This document shows positions 24,499 through 33,805 of a DNA stretch of 64,000 nucleotides, one piece after another. How positions within the stretch are numbered: position 1 is the first letter of the stretch; every line of letters begins with the position of its first letter. Below the pieces are notes generated by a model. The model was not told the DNA's origin, ran no database searches, and saw only the letters and a program-made list of their open reading frames with translations. Position numbers and translations under genes: made by a program. The stretch is taken from the NCBI GenBank assembly GCA_963824995.1, contig CAWGRK010000010.1, forward strand, positions 270,081 to 334,080, read 5' to 3'. This DNA comes from an uncultured Actinomycetes bacterium (GTDB lineage: Bacteria > Actinomycetota > Acidimicrobiia > Spongiisociales > DATADW01).

Positions 24499-24560
24499 CG
24501 AACGTGAACACAAGGTGAACGTTCTCACGGTCCGCTCGACCTCTGAAGGTGAACGGGGAG
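24499..24560 (-). promoter_or_regulatory. PHO-box-like direct repeats (GTTCAC units; GTGAAC on the top strand) upstream of pstS
   Basis: GTGAAC hexamers at 24504, 24515 and 24549, about 110-160 nt upstream of the pstS start and on its sense strand as GTTCAC. The first two are 11 bp apart, as PhoP-type response-regulator boxes are in Actinobacteria. Confidence 0.5.
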
Positions 24561-24569
24561 TTACCGACA

Positions 24570-24628
24570 GGCAGAGATGGCAGACGGCAGACGGCAGCCA
24601 GGAGGCGCAGCCAGGAGGCCCAGCCGAT
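24570..24628 (+). repeat. Heptamer repeat copy d in opposite orientation (GGCAGAC)n; inverted partner of copy e
   Basis: GGCAGAGATGGCAGACGGCAGACGGCAGCC followed by GCAGCCAGGAGG x2. Confidence 0.75.
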
Positions 24629-24905
24629 CAGCGAGTCTGTCTCTTTTGTGAGCTTGACGGAGCTGCCGCCGGGCAACGAGGAAGGGTCCGCCAGTGATGA
24701 CGGACCCCTACTCGGAGGCGGAAGGGACGAGGAACGTGCGATGGACCTCGAACCCGACAGAGTCTTATCAGGTCAGGATGACCGCCCGGCGTCGGCTAGG
24801 TAGCAGTTAGATGAAAGTCGAATCGATACGGATCGCTCATCGACTACTGGAGGAGATCAGATAGCCAGCAACGAGGAGTGCCGCTTCAAACCCGTGAGCC
24901 CTTCT

Positions 24906-24932
24906 GGCTGCCGTCTGCCGTCGCCTGCCGCC
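24906..24932 (+). repeat. Heptamer repeat copy e (CTGCCGT)n, about 15 nt downstream of the CHAD-gene stop
   Basis: GGCTGCCGTCTGCCGTCGCCTGCCGCC. It is the reverse complement of copy d over 17 nt, and the two flank an about 300-bp lower-GC segment. Confidence 0.75.
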
Positions 24933-24941
24933 GGGGCAGCT

Positions 24942-26417
24942 CTATCTAAGCCACCTCGACCGCTTCCTGAGGCGATCCCAGACTGCGGTCCACTCGGCGC
25001 GGGTGCGCCCCGCGGTCGATTGCTCGAGACCGGCAAGCTCGCCGACCACGAATCTCAGATCGGGGTCGCCGGTGCGGAACTCGTCGCGGAGCCAGCGCTG
25101 ACCGACGACCGCGTCCTGGTGGGCGCCGAGAACATCCTGCAGATCGGCTGCGGCCGACGCGAACGATGAGGCGGTCTTTCCCGCCCCCGGCTCGACCGCC
25201 TCGGCGGCGTAGCGCGCCCTCTTCGCCTGGAGACGGACGGCGTGTAGCTGCTCGTCGGCAGGCGGGTTGTCGAGGGCATCCACCGCCTTGCGCAGTTTGC
25301 GCCACCGCTTGGCCACCATGGGTCGGAGGGCATCGAACGCGGGCTCGGAGGCGTTTTCGAGCAGCCTCGGATTGACGGCCCCCTCGACCATCCGGTCGAG
25401 CAGGGCGAGATACTCCGGTTGCTCCAGAAAGTGGAGCAGCCGGGCTCTGGCGACGTGCCTGTCGCCGAGACGCTGCAGCACGATCTTGTCGACCATCGAT
25501 CCATCCTCGATGGGCAGCTGGTCACCCATCCTCGTCAGCCGATCTATGAGGACGTCGGCATCGCGCACCTCGCCGAACATGCCGGCCAGCAGCTTGAGGT
25601 CGGTGCGGAGAGCTTCGGACCATTCCTCGTCGAGCACCGGGCGGAAACTCTGTAGATACGAGCGAAACCTGCGAACTGCAACCCTCGCCTGGTGGACTCC
25701 TTCAGGATCCACCCCCTCGACCGCAACCGGAGCATGGAGGATGAACCGGCGCACCGCCCCCGAGAGTTCGGCGATGAGCAACTCCTCGGCGGTCGCATCG
25801 TCGCCGACGCTGATTGCCGGTACGTCGGATGGCTCGACCGCTCTCGGGCCCAACACCCGGGCGAGACGCGTCCCCGTCGCCAAGCCGATGTCCCGGCGAA
25901 GGGCGGCCAAGAGTTCGTCGGCCCGCTCGCCATCTGCGACGAACTGGACCTCGAGCTCGCGGAAGCCCGAGGCTGGACCCGCATCACGTCTCACGATCAC
26001 CGCGTCCTCGTGCAACTCAGCCAACAGGCCGCCCGAGGCCTCGATGACACGGAAGGTGCGGCGGCTGCTGCGGAGCGAGGCCAGTGGCCGGATAGGTGCG
26101 CCGCGGGAGAAGGAGCGGGTGAGGCTTAGGGCGTCGAGGGGCACGACATCCCCGTCGCCGCCGAGAAGCCTCCCCACGGCGCGAGGCTCGCCGTCGGGAT
26201 CGGGGAGCTCGACGGTCCATCCCTCCCCCGCCCGGAAGGTCAGGGTCGAGCCCCAACGAGCCAGCCGGACATCGGCGGTGTCGTGGAAGGTGGTCTCGAA
26301 CAGCGAAGGCGGAGCGGGAGGCGCAATCATGCGGAGCCCGAGCGAGCCCAGGTCCGGGATCCGGCTCCCGCGCTCCAAGGCGAACCGGAGGGTCCGTCTC
26401 GTCACGTCAGTCATCAC
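24942..26417 (-). CDS. CYTH (triphosphate tunnel metalloenzyme) + CHAD domain protein
   Basis: 491 aa. The N-terminal CYTH-like region has acidic/Arg residues (FRELEVQF). The C-terminal helical CHAD domain (HQARVAVRRFRSYL, HAVRLQAKRARYAAE) is typical of polyP-associated proteins. It overlaps the ppk1 stop by 11 nt. Confidence 0.7.
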   Translation of the reverse strand: MMTDVTRRTLRFALERGSRIPDLGSLGLRMIAPPAPPSLFETTFHDTADVRLARWGSTLTFRAGEGWTVELPDPDGEPRAVGRLLGGDGDVVPLDALSLTRSFSRGAPIRPLASLRSSRRTFRVIEASGGLLAELHEDAVIVRRDAGPASGFRELEVQFVADGERADELLAALRRDIGLATGTRLARVLGPRAVEPSDVPAISVGDDATAEELLIAELSGAVRRFILHAPVAVEGVDPEGVHQARVAVRRFRSYLQSFRPVLDEEWSEALRTDLKLLAGMFGEVRDADVLIDRLTRMGDQLPIEDGSMVDKIVLQRLGDRHVARARLLHFLEQPEYLALLDRMVEGAVNPRLLENASEPAFDALRPMVAKRWRKLRKAVDALDNPPADEQLHAVRLQAKRARYAAEAVEPGAGKTASSFASAAADLQDVLGAHQDAVVGQRWLRDEFRTGDPDLRFVVGELAGLEQSTAGRTRAEWTAVWDRLRKRSRWLR

Positions 26418-28443
26418 GGCCCGATACCCGCTCCATCGCCAGCTCCTGGAGCCGCCTGTGAGTCTCGATGCCGTTCACCGTCGGGACCTTCACCCAGTTC
26501 CCGTCGGGTTTCAGCTCCCAAGCGAGCACGTCATCCTGTCGGAGCACGGCGAGCGCCGCTTCGAGCCGGGCCTGGAGCACCGGATCCTCGACAGGTGTGA
26601 GCGCCTCGACTCGGCGGTTGAGGTTGCGCGGCATCAGGTCGGCCGAACCTATGTAGTAGACAGGTTGCTCGGCGCCGAAGCTGTAGAGCCTGGAGTGCTC
26701 CAGGTACCTCCCCACGATCGAGCGGACTGTGATGTTGGACGACATCCCCTTCACTCCGGGGCGGAGACAGCAGATGCTGCGCACGATCAGCTCGATCCGG
26801 GTGCCTCTCTCCGACGCCCGGTAGAGCGCCTCGATCATCTCGGCATCGACCAGGGCGTTCATTTTCATCACGATCCGCCCGTCGGGACGAGACGCTTCGC
26901 GGTCGATGAGCTCCAAGATCCGCTGTCGCAGGCCGACAGGAGCCACCAGCAGCTTTCTGTACTGGCTCTGCTCGCTGTAACCGGTGAGGAAATTGAACAA
27001 GTCGGAGAGATCGGCACCGATGTCGTCGTCGGTGGTGAACAGACCCAGGTCCTCGTAGATGCGGGCGGTGGCGTCGTTGTAGTTGCCGGTCCCGATGTGG
27101 GCGTAACGGCGGATCACGCCTTCCTCCTCACGCACCACGAGGGTTGTCTTGGTGTGGGTCTTCAGCCCGACCAGCCCATAGACGACGTGCACCCCCGCCT
27201 CCTCCAATGCACGCGCCCACTCGATGTTCCGCTCTTCGTCGAAGCGGGCCTTGAGCTCGACCAGAACGGCGACCTGCTTGCCCCCGTTGGCGGCCTCGAT
27301 CAGCGCCTCCATGATCGGGCTGCCCGCCGAGGTGCGGTAGAGCGTCTGCTTTATGGCGAGGACATCGGGGTCGGCAGCGGCCGCCGCGAGGAACGCCTCG
27401 ACCGAAGTGGAGAAGGAGTCGTAGGGGTGATGAACGAGCAGATCGCCCTTGCTGATGGCAACGAAGATGTCCGGAGGCTCGCCGTCGATGCTCGCCAGCC
27501 GACGGTCGGTCACCCAGGTGTAGGCCGGCCAGCGGAGGTCTTGTCGTGACAAGGCGCTGAGGGAGAACAGCCCGGCCATGTCCAGCGGTCCCGCCATCGT
27601 GTAGACGTCCTCGGGTCCGACCTGCATCTCGCGCATCAGCAACTCGAGCGCGTGGTCGGGGATCTCGGGCTCGACTTCGAGCCGCACCACCCGGCCGAAA
27701 CGCCGCCGGGTCAACTCCGTCTCGATGGCCGCCAAAAGGTCGTGAGCCTCGTCCTCCTCGATCTCGAAGTCGGCGTTGCGGGTGACCCGGAACGGATGAT
27801 GATCGACGATCTCCATGCCAGGGAACAACGCCTCGAGGTGGGCGGCGATCACTTGCTCGAGCGAAACGAACCGCTCGCCGTCCGGCATCACAACGAATCG
27901 GGGCAAGATCGGCGGGACTTTGACCCGGGCGAAGCGCGTTACCCCGGTTCGCGGGTTGCGCACGAAAACCGCCAGGTTGAGCGAGAGATTTGAGATGTAG
28001 GGGAAGGGGTGGGCAGGGTCAACAGCCAGCGGCGTCACCACGGGGAAGACGCGCTCGCGAAACTGCTCGTCCAGGTATTTCCGATCATCGTCGTCGAGAC
28101 TGTCGTATGAGGAGAACGCGATCCCGGCTTCTTCGAGCGCCGGGGCCACCGACTCGTGGAAGCACCACGACTGGCGCTCGGACTGACCGAGCACGAGACG
28201 GCGGATCATCTCCAGTTGTTCGGTGGCCGACAAACCGTCGGGGGACACGGTCCGCACACCCGCGGCTTGCTGCTCCTTGAGCCCCGCCACCCGCACCTGA
28301 AAGAACTCGTCGAGATTCGACGAGTAGATCGCTAGGAACTTGGTCCGCTCCAACAAGGGCGTCGTCGGATCCTCGGCGATGGCGAGGACACGTTCGTTGA
28401 AGTCGAGCCACGAGAGCTCACGATTCGTGTATCTATCCGACAC
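26407..28443 (-). CDS. ppk: Polyphosphate kinase 1
   Basis: 678 aa; MSDRYTNRELSWLDFNERVL N-terminus, PLD-like catalytic domains, conserved His in the HTKTTLV region. Confidence 0.9.
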   Translation of the reverse strand: MSDRYTNRELSWLDFNERVLAIAEDPTTPLLERTKFLAIYSSNLDEFFQVRVAGLKEQQAAGVRTVSPDGLSATEQLEMIRRLVLGQSERQSWCFHESVAPALEEAGIAFSSYDSLDDDDRKYLDEQFRERVFPVVTPLAVDPAHPFPYISNLSLNLAVFVRNPRTGVTRFARVKVPPILPRFVVMPDGERFVSLEQVIAAHLEALFPGMEIVDHHPFRVTRNADFEIEEDEAHDLLAAIETELTRRRFGRVVRLEVEPEIPDHALELLMREMQVGPEDVYTMAGPLDMAGLFSLSALSRQDLRWPAYTWVTDRRLASIDGEPPDIFVAISKGDLLVHHPYDSFSTSVEAFLAAAAADPDVLAIKQTLYRTSAGSPIMEALIEAANGGKQVAVLVELKARFDEERNIEWARALEEAGVHVVYGLVGLKTHTKTTLVVREEEGVIRRYAHIGTGNYNDATARIYEDLGLFTTDDDIGADLSDLFNFLTGYSEQSQYRKLLVAPVGLRQRILELIDREASRPDGRIVMKMNALVDAEMIEALYRASERGTRIELIVRSICCLRPGVKGMSSNITVRSIVGRYLEHSRLYSFGAEQPVYYIGSADLMPRNLNRRVEALTPVEDPVLQARLEAALAVLRQDDVLAWELKPDGNWVKVPTVNGIETHRRLQELAMERVSGRDD

Positions 28444-28521
28444 TGATCCTCGGGGCTGACACGCGGCGAGGCTAGTTGAGAAAGCGCTCTCTCCGGACGG
28501 GTCGGCGCCAGCCGGTGCCTT

Positions 28522-29652
28522 TCAGCCGGCGAGCAAGCGGACCTCGGCCCCGGGAAGCCCCTTGGTCCACCAATGGGCATAACGGCCATAGACGGCTGGA
28601 TCGCGATTCGCCAGGAACACCACGAGCGCTCGGGCCTCGGTCGCCAGCCCGCTCCACGTCTCGTCGTCGAACCGGTGGAAGGCCGTAGCCTCGATCCCAC
28701 CATCGACCGGGCGCCAGACACCAGCGACATACCCGTCGACCAGCACCGTCGGGAGGACGTCGCCGTTGCGCTTGATCACCAACGGTTTGTAGTCGGGCGG
28801 AATGATGCGGCTTCTGTCGAAATAGGCGAGCAGCACGTTGTCCCACATGGGGAGTAATCGGGGTGGAGCCGGGGTGTCCTCGTGTGGGAGTACTGCACCT
28901 GGCACGTCGTACAGCTTCTGGCCGTTGGGACCTTCGATCTCCTCGACCCTGTCGCCCAGCGCCCGCATCGCCCGGGAGATCACCGGCTGTCTCAGGATCG
29001 TGAACTGCCCAAAGTCGGCAGAAGTGGCAGGGCCCAAGGCCTGCAGGTACCGCAGGACCAGTCGCTCTTCGGACTCTTCGCGGGATCCCGCTTTGGCTGC
29101 TGTTGCTGTCTCGTACGACGCCCGCTCGCCAAAAGACCATGGCCGACCGGCCGGGGCGTGGTGCAGGGGAGCGAACCTGCGGAGCGCCCACCACACCCGC
29201 GGTTGGCGCTCGCCGACCAAGCCCTCGAGCAGGTCCTCGATCTCGGGTCCACGGCGTGGCTCGAGAGTGAACTCGGCGAGATGGGGAAGCAGGGCGTCGG
29301 CGTCGGCGATCGACAACCCGGTGGATTTGAATCGGTCGTCGTAGAGCACCGACCCACGGAGGCTGGGCAACATCGCGTTGTGGAATTCCGGGTAGTCCGC
29401 GACGTGCACGGCGTGCAAGGTGAGGCGTATGAGCGAGGCCTTTACCACTATGTGGTCGATGAACGCCCGGTCGAGGTCGGTGGGGTCGAAGTCGGCGAGC
29501 CGGTTCCACAGGGCGAGATAGGGGGAGGCGGGACTCTGCGCCTGTAGGGCGACGAGGCGCTTGACCGCTTCGCCCACGTCCAGCGTTTCGCGGCGAAGCA
29601 GCATCTGACGGGCGACCGTGGCCCGGTTCAACTGTCGGGCAGTGAGCCTCAT
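28522..29652 (-). CDS. Winged-helix DNA-binding protein, DUF1006 (AlkZ/YcaQ-like putative DNA glycosylase)
   Basis: Start MRLTARQLNRATVARQMLL (ATGA overlap with the upstream stop). VKRLVALQAQSPASPYLALWNRL family motif. Confidence 0.6.
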   Translation of the reverse strand: MRLTARQLNRATVARQMLLRRETLDVGEAVKRLVALQAQSPASPYLALWNRLADFDPTDLDRAFIDHIVVKASLIRLTLHAVHVADYPEFHNAMLPSLRGSVLYDDRFKSTGLSIADADALLPHLAEFTLEPRRGPEIEDLLEGLVGERQPRVWWALRRFAPLHHAPAGRPWSFGERASYETATAAKAGSREESEERLVLRYLQALGPATSADFGQFTILRQPVISRAMRALGDRVEEIEGPNGQKLYDVPGAVLPHEDTPAPPRLLPMWDNVLLAYFDRSRIIPPDYKPLVIKRNGDVLPTVLVDGYVAGVWRPVDGGIEATAFHRFDDETWSGLATEARALVVFLANRDPAVYGRYAHWWTKGLPGAEVRLLAG

Positions 29653-30855
29653 CCCTTGACGCTCACCCCGTCCTTCCAAACCTGAGCTATGGCGGACGGG
29701 AGGGCCCCGAGATCGAGCGGGTCGCCTTGCACCACCACCAGGTCGGCGCGCTTTCCTGGTTGGAGGGTCCCCAACTCGCGGTCCAGACCCATCAACTCGG
29801 CCGCGCTGTGGGTGGTGGCCACCAACACGTCGATCGGCGACATCCCGCCCTGCTCCATGAGGCTCAACTCCCCGAGGTTGTGGCCATGGGGGGTTACTCC
29901 AGTATCCGTGCCCATTGCCACCTTCACCCCGGCGGAAACCGCTCGGCTGAACGAGTCCCGGTGGATCTCGATCACCTCGGTCGCCTTGCGGACCGCGCTA
30001 TCGGGAACACGGGCGCCCCGCTCCACCGCGGCGATCACTCCGTGCGGGGCCATCAGTGTCGGCACCAGCCAGGTACCCCGCTCCACCATCAACTCGATCG
30101 CCTCGTCATCGAGATAGATACCGTGCTCGATCGACCTGATCCCGGCGCGGATGGCGTTCTTGATCCCGGTGGTCGCTTGAGCGTGAGCCATTACGAAACG
30201 CCCCGCGGCGTTGGCCTCTTCGATGAGCACATCGAGCTCAGTCGGCGAGAGATGGGCGTGGGTGGGCTCGTCGGAGGCGGAGAGGACTCCCCCCGAGGTG
30301 GCCACTTTGATCACATCGGCACCGCAACGTATCAACTCGCGGACCTTCCGTCGCACCTCGTCGGGACCGTCAACGATGGTCTCGGGACTACCCGGCCAGG
30401 CAGGGAAGAGTGGAGCGGTGACCCCGGAGGCCAGCCAGGGATCGCCGTGCCCGCCGGTCTGGCTGAGCATTCCGATCGACACCTGCATCCGCGGGCCGGC
30501 TAGCAGCCCGTCCTCCACCGCCTTGCGCAGCCCGGCGTCGGCGCCGCCGGCGTCGCGGCGCCGTGGTGATCCCGACGGCGAGGGTTGCCTCCAGGTTGCC
30601 TGCCGCTTGGAAGAAGCGATAGGAGAGAGGCGTCTGCAGCATGCCCCACATGTCGATACCACTGATCATGAAGTGGACGTGGGTATCGAAGAGACCGGGG
30701 AGGATGGTTCGGCCCGAGCAGTCCACCTGCTCGTCACCGTCGAGACCGGAGCCGACATCCACCACCAGGCCGTCCTCGATGACGACATCACCGGGACTTG
30801 GCGGATGACCGGTGCCGTCGAACACCGACCCTCCGGTGAATACGGTGCGGGTCAC
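29649..30855 (-). pseudogene. Amidohydrolase-superfamily metal-dependent hydrolase; one frame change near 30560-30600; probable GTG start at 30855
   Basis: N-terminal piece VTRTVFTGGSVFDGTGHPPSPGDVVIEDG ... DTHVHF (metal-binding HxH). C-terminal piece in another frame ... VIKVATSGGV ... AHAQATTGIK ... GTDTGVTPHGHN ... ends VKG*. Confidence 0.7.
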
Positions 30856-31464
30856 CGCGCCGAGAGCCCGAAGAGCAGGAAATCCGCCATGGCGCCTGTG
30901 GTCTCGTCCGCCACCGAACGCGGGATCGGGGGCATCGACCAGGGCCCGCGCCGACGACATGATCAGGTCCTGGATGAACCGGCCCACCAATCGGGGCGGT
31001 AGCGCCCTGAAGCGTCCCTCCTCGACCCCAACCGTGTACAGCCTGGCGATCTCCGCCGAGAGATCCCGGTGGGCGCCACTGATCCTCTCTTGGGTCGACT
31101 CGGAGAGCTTGGAGACATCACGGTGGAGCACGAGGCCGAGCACTGGATCGCTTGCGACGAAACCGACCGTTGCCTCGGCGAGAGCGGTGAGCCGGCCCTC
31201 TACGGGGAGGTCCTCTGGGACCGAGGCGATGATGTCCTCGACCACCTGGGGGAGGGTGTCCTCGACCAGCGAGGCGAGCACGTCCTCCTTGTCTCGGAAG
31301 TACTGGTAGATCGTGGTGCGCCCGATCCCGACGGCGGCGGCGATGTCGCCCATGGTGAGGATCTCGTAGCCGACCTCGGCGAGCAGTTGCCGTGTGGCGT
31401 CGAGCAACTGATGCCGCGTCAGCTCCTTGTGCTCCTCGATGTTGGACGCGCGAATCCGGGGCAT
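30856..31464 (-). CDS. TetR-family transcriptional regulator; no in-frame stop before the downstream amidohydrolase
   Basis: MPRIRASNIEEHKELTRHQLLDATRQLLAEVGYEILTMGDIAAAVGIGRTTIYQYFRDKEDVL is a TetR HTH. The frame reads through into the hydrolase, so the stop was probably lost to an indel. Confidence 0.65.
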
Positions 31465-31475
31465 TGCGCTCCAGG

Positions 31476-32570
31476 TTACGGCGCGGCTGCTTTCGGGGTC
31501 GCCGTCAGCGGCTCCCGGTAGAGCGACGCGCCCCAATGGGCGCCGGCGCCGAATGCGGTCAGGCAGACGAGGGCTCCGGGTGGCACCTTTCCCTGCTGCC
31601 GCATCTCGTGGAGAAGAATGGGGAGCGTGGCGGCGGTGGTGTTCCCGTACCGGTCGATGTTCGTGGGGACCAGGTCGCGATGGATGCCGAGCGCCTTGCG
31701 GACCGCTTCGACGATCCGGGCATTTGCCTGGTGTGCGATGACGAGGTCGAGGTCGCCGACCTCGAGCCCATGATCGGCGAGAACCGCCCTGACAGCTTTG
31801 GGCATCAGCTCGACAGCATTCCGAAAGAGCTCGCGACCCTCCATCACCGGTATGTGGAGCCCAGCATCGAGTTGGGCATGGTCCACCCATGGCTGCCGGC
31901 GGAAACCAACCCCGGGTACATGGATCAGTTCCAGCATCTCGCCGTCGGTGAAGAGGCGCGAACCGATGTACCCGGATCGAGGATCGTCGTTCCCCCTCAA
32001 CACCACGGCGCCGGCGCCGTCACCAAAGAGCACGCTCCAGGACCTGTGCCTGGTGTTGTCGTCCCACTGATCGGTTGTCGGCGGGTCGTCGGACAAGCCG
32101 TACAGGTAATCACGGCTCTGCCACCACGGGTGATAGCCGGAGTGGACCTCGGCGCCGACCACGAGCACGGTTCCGGCCCGCCCCGACCCGATGAGTGCGT
32201 CTGCCATGTCGAGGCCATATAGGAACCCACAGCACTGCGCCCTCAGGTCGTGCGCCGGGATGCGGGGCAAACCCATGGCCTTCTGGATCATCGGGGCGAT
32301 CCCGGGTGCGAACAGGTCGGGCGTCATGGTGGCGGTGACCAAGGCGTCCACATCGGGGGGAGTCAGTCCAGCATCGCCGAGAGCCGCCGTCCCCGCCTGG
32401 GCACCCAGGTGGGAGGCTCCCACGCCGGGATCGGCGAACCGGCGCTGCTCCACACCACTGCGCGATCGGATCCAGTCGTCGGAGACGTCCATCACGCGGC
32501 CCAGGTCGTCGTTGGTGACGATCCGATCGGGCAGCTGGACGCCGGTGCCGGCGATGACGCTCCCCATCAA
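31476..32570 (-). CDS. 3-oxoacyl-ACP synthase III family protein (FabH-like KAS III)
   Basis: 364 aa; active-site Cys in LRAQCCGFLYGL; VIAHQANARI and YGNTTAATLP C-terminal His/Asn motifs. Confidence 0.8.
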   Translation of the reverse strand: MMGSVIAGTGVQLPDRIVTNDDLGRVMDVSDDWIRSRSGVEQRRFADPGVGASHLGAQAGTAALGDAGLTPPDVDALVTATMTPDLFAPGIAPMIQKAMGLPRIPAHDLRAQCCGFLYGLDMADALIGSGRAGTVLVVGAEVHSGYHPWWQSRDYLYGLSDDPPTTDQWDDNTRHRSWSVLFGDGAGAVVLRGNDDPRSGYIGSRLFTDGEMLELIHVPGVGFRRQPWVDHAQLDAGLHIPVMEGRELFRNAVELMPKAVRAVLADHGLEVGDLDLVIAHQANARIVEAVRKALGIHRDLVPTNIDRYGNTTAATLPILLHEMRQQGKVPPGALVCLTAFGAGAHWGASLYREPLTATPKAAAP

Positions 32571-33805
32571 TCGTCTGCGCCGTCTTCGGCCAGCTCCCAG
32601 ATCGAACCGTCTCTGGTGTCCTTGACAGCTATCCCGAGCGCATCGAGCCGGTCGCGCAGGGCGTCAGCTTCACCCCAACGGTCGTCGGCCCGCGCCGCGG
32701 TCCGCGCTTCGAGCACGGCCTCGACGAGCCCACCGACGAGCTCGCGGCGATCGCGTACCCCCTGGCGCGCTGAACCCGCAAGCCGTACGAGCATTCCCCG
32801 CAAGGCACGTTCGGCCCGCTCGCTCTCCGGGGTCTGGTTGGTGTCTGCCGCCCAGTCCAGGATCAGCCGGTGCAAGCCCACGACCGAGTCGAGGGCGGCA
32901 TCGACGTCACCGTCGAGGAGTGCCGGTTCGAATCGCTGCTCCAACTCGCGCCAACCCTCGGCGAAGGGGTCCCCTTCCTCGGGTTCCGAGGGTGCGAATT
33001 CGGGCAGACCGCGCTCTGGACCGATGGGAGATCCCAACTCGGACAGAGTCACCTCATCACCAGCACCGAAGACCTCCGAGCCGGCATCCGTGAGGACGGT
33101 CACGGTGCCCAATCCGCTGACCGAGGCTGCCGCCGCGTCCAAGTCGATGGTCAATGCGGTGTGCTCGTCCACCCCGATGATGGTCGCCGACTCGGGGAGC
33201 ATCGCACGCATCGCCGCCAACCTCCGCGCCCCCAGGTAACAGAAACGGGTGTCGTGGTTCCCGCCCTCCGCATTGTTGAAGTGGGGGATCACCGCCCCCA
33301 CGATCCCGGCTCGGCTGAGGAGGTCGAGCCCTTCGAGCCAGTGAGGGTCCTCACCAACCTTGTAGATCTCGTAAACGGGGACGGTCCACCGGCCAAGCGT
33401 CAAGGCCGCTGCGCTGGCGAGCACCACCGCCCCGCCGAAGGCGAGCGTGTCGTCTAGGACCGCCGGTATGTCCGATCCCCGCCATCTGCGGAGGGCGTAA
33501 CTCGGGCTGCCGGGTCCCGAGAAGACAAAGTTGGCACCCCGGATCGATTCGATCACACCCGCTGTCGCTCCTGGCTCGCCCTGGTCGGGCAGTGTGGCCA
33601 CCGAGATCGTCTGGTTGAGGCTCGACCTGAAGTGCTCGACGATCCGCCCCGAGATGTAGTCGGCATTCCCCTGGAACCGGTACGGCGTGTCGAGCAGTAC
33701 CGCCGGGACCGGCTGGTTGAAACGCTCCAGCACGGCGCGGTGGGTCTTGACCATCGTGGGGGCGGTTTCCCCGGATCCCATGATCACGAGTAGCCGCGCC
33801 GTCAT
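32567..33805 (-). CDS. Fusion protein: N-terminal peptidase-S51-like (type 1 glutamine amidotransferase-like) domain with a degenerate nucleophile + C-terminal domain homologous to the CysRS/MshC C-terminal (DALR-2 / anticodon-binding) region
   Basis: N-term LLVIMGSGETAP ... FGGAVVLASAAALTLG (ASAAA where the SAGA nucleophile would be). C-term DTNQTPESERAERALRGML ... WGEADALRDRLDALGIAVKDTRDGSIWEL resembles the CysRS end (DDFNTPEA ... RDxLxxxGIxVxDT). 4-nt overlaps with both neighbours. Confidence 0.45.
   Translation of the reverse strand: MTARLLVIMGSGETAPTMVKTHRAVLERFNQPVPAVLLDTPYRFQGNADYISGRIVEHFRSSLNQTISVATLPDQGEPGATAGVIESIRGANFVFSGPGSPSYALRRWRGSDIPAVLDDTLAFGGAVVLASAAALTLGRWTVPVYEIYKVGEDPHWLEGLDLLSRAGIVGAVIPHFNNAEGGNHDTRFCYLGARRLAAMRAMLPESATIIGVDEHTALTIDLDAAAASVSGLGTVTVLTDAGSEVFGAGDEVTLSELGSPIGPERGLPEFAPSEPEEGDPFAEGWRELEQRFEPALLDGDVDAALDSVVGLHRLILDWAADTNQTPESERAERALRGMLVRLAGSARQGVRDRRELVGGLVEAVLEARTAARADDRWGEADALRDRLDALGIAVKDTRDGSIWELAEDGADD

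Noticed and set aside
24630-24700. Possible riboswitch or sRNA in the long pstS-CHAD intergenic region (local stem GGGTCCG..CGGACCC)
   Set aside because: Only short generic hairpins are present. I recognise no conserved riboswitch core (TPP, SAM, cobalamin, ydaO, glycine). It is treated as part of the repeat-flanked segment in the heptamer finding.
25267-27549. 760-aa plus-strand ORF and other long antisense ORFs (12849..14306 +, 60448..62814 -, 8653..10422 N-terminal part, 242..1480)
   Set aside because: These are antisense to, or out of frame with, PPK1, Dxs, PurL and so on. Ser/Arg/Pro-rich composition with no motifs; GC-driven open frames.
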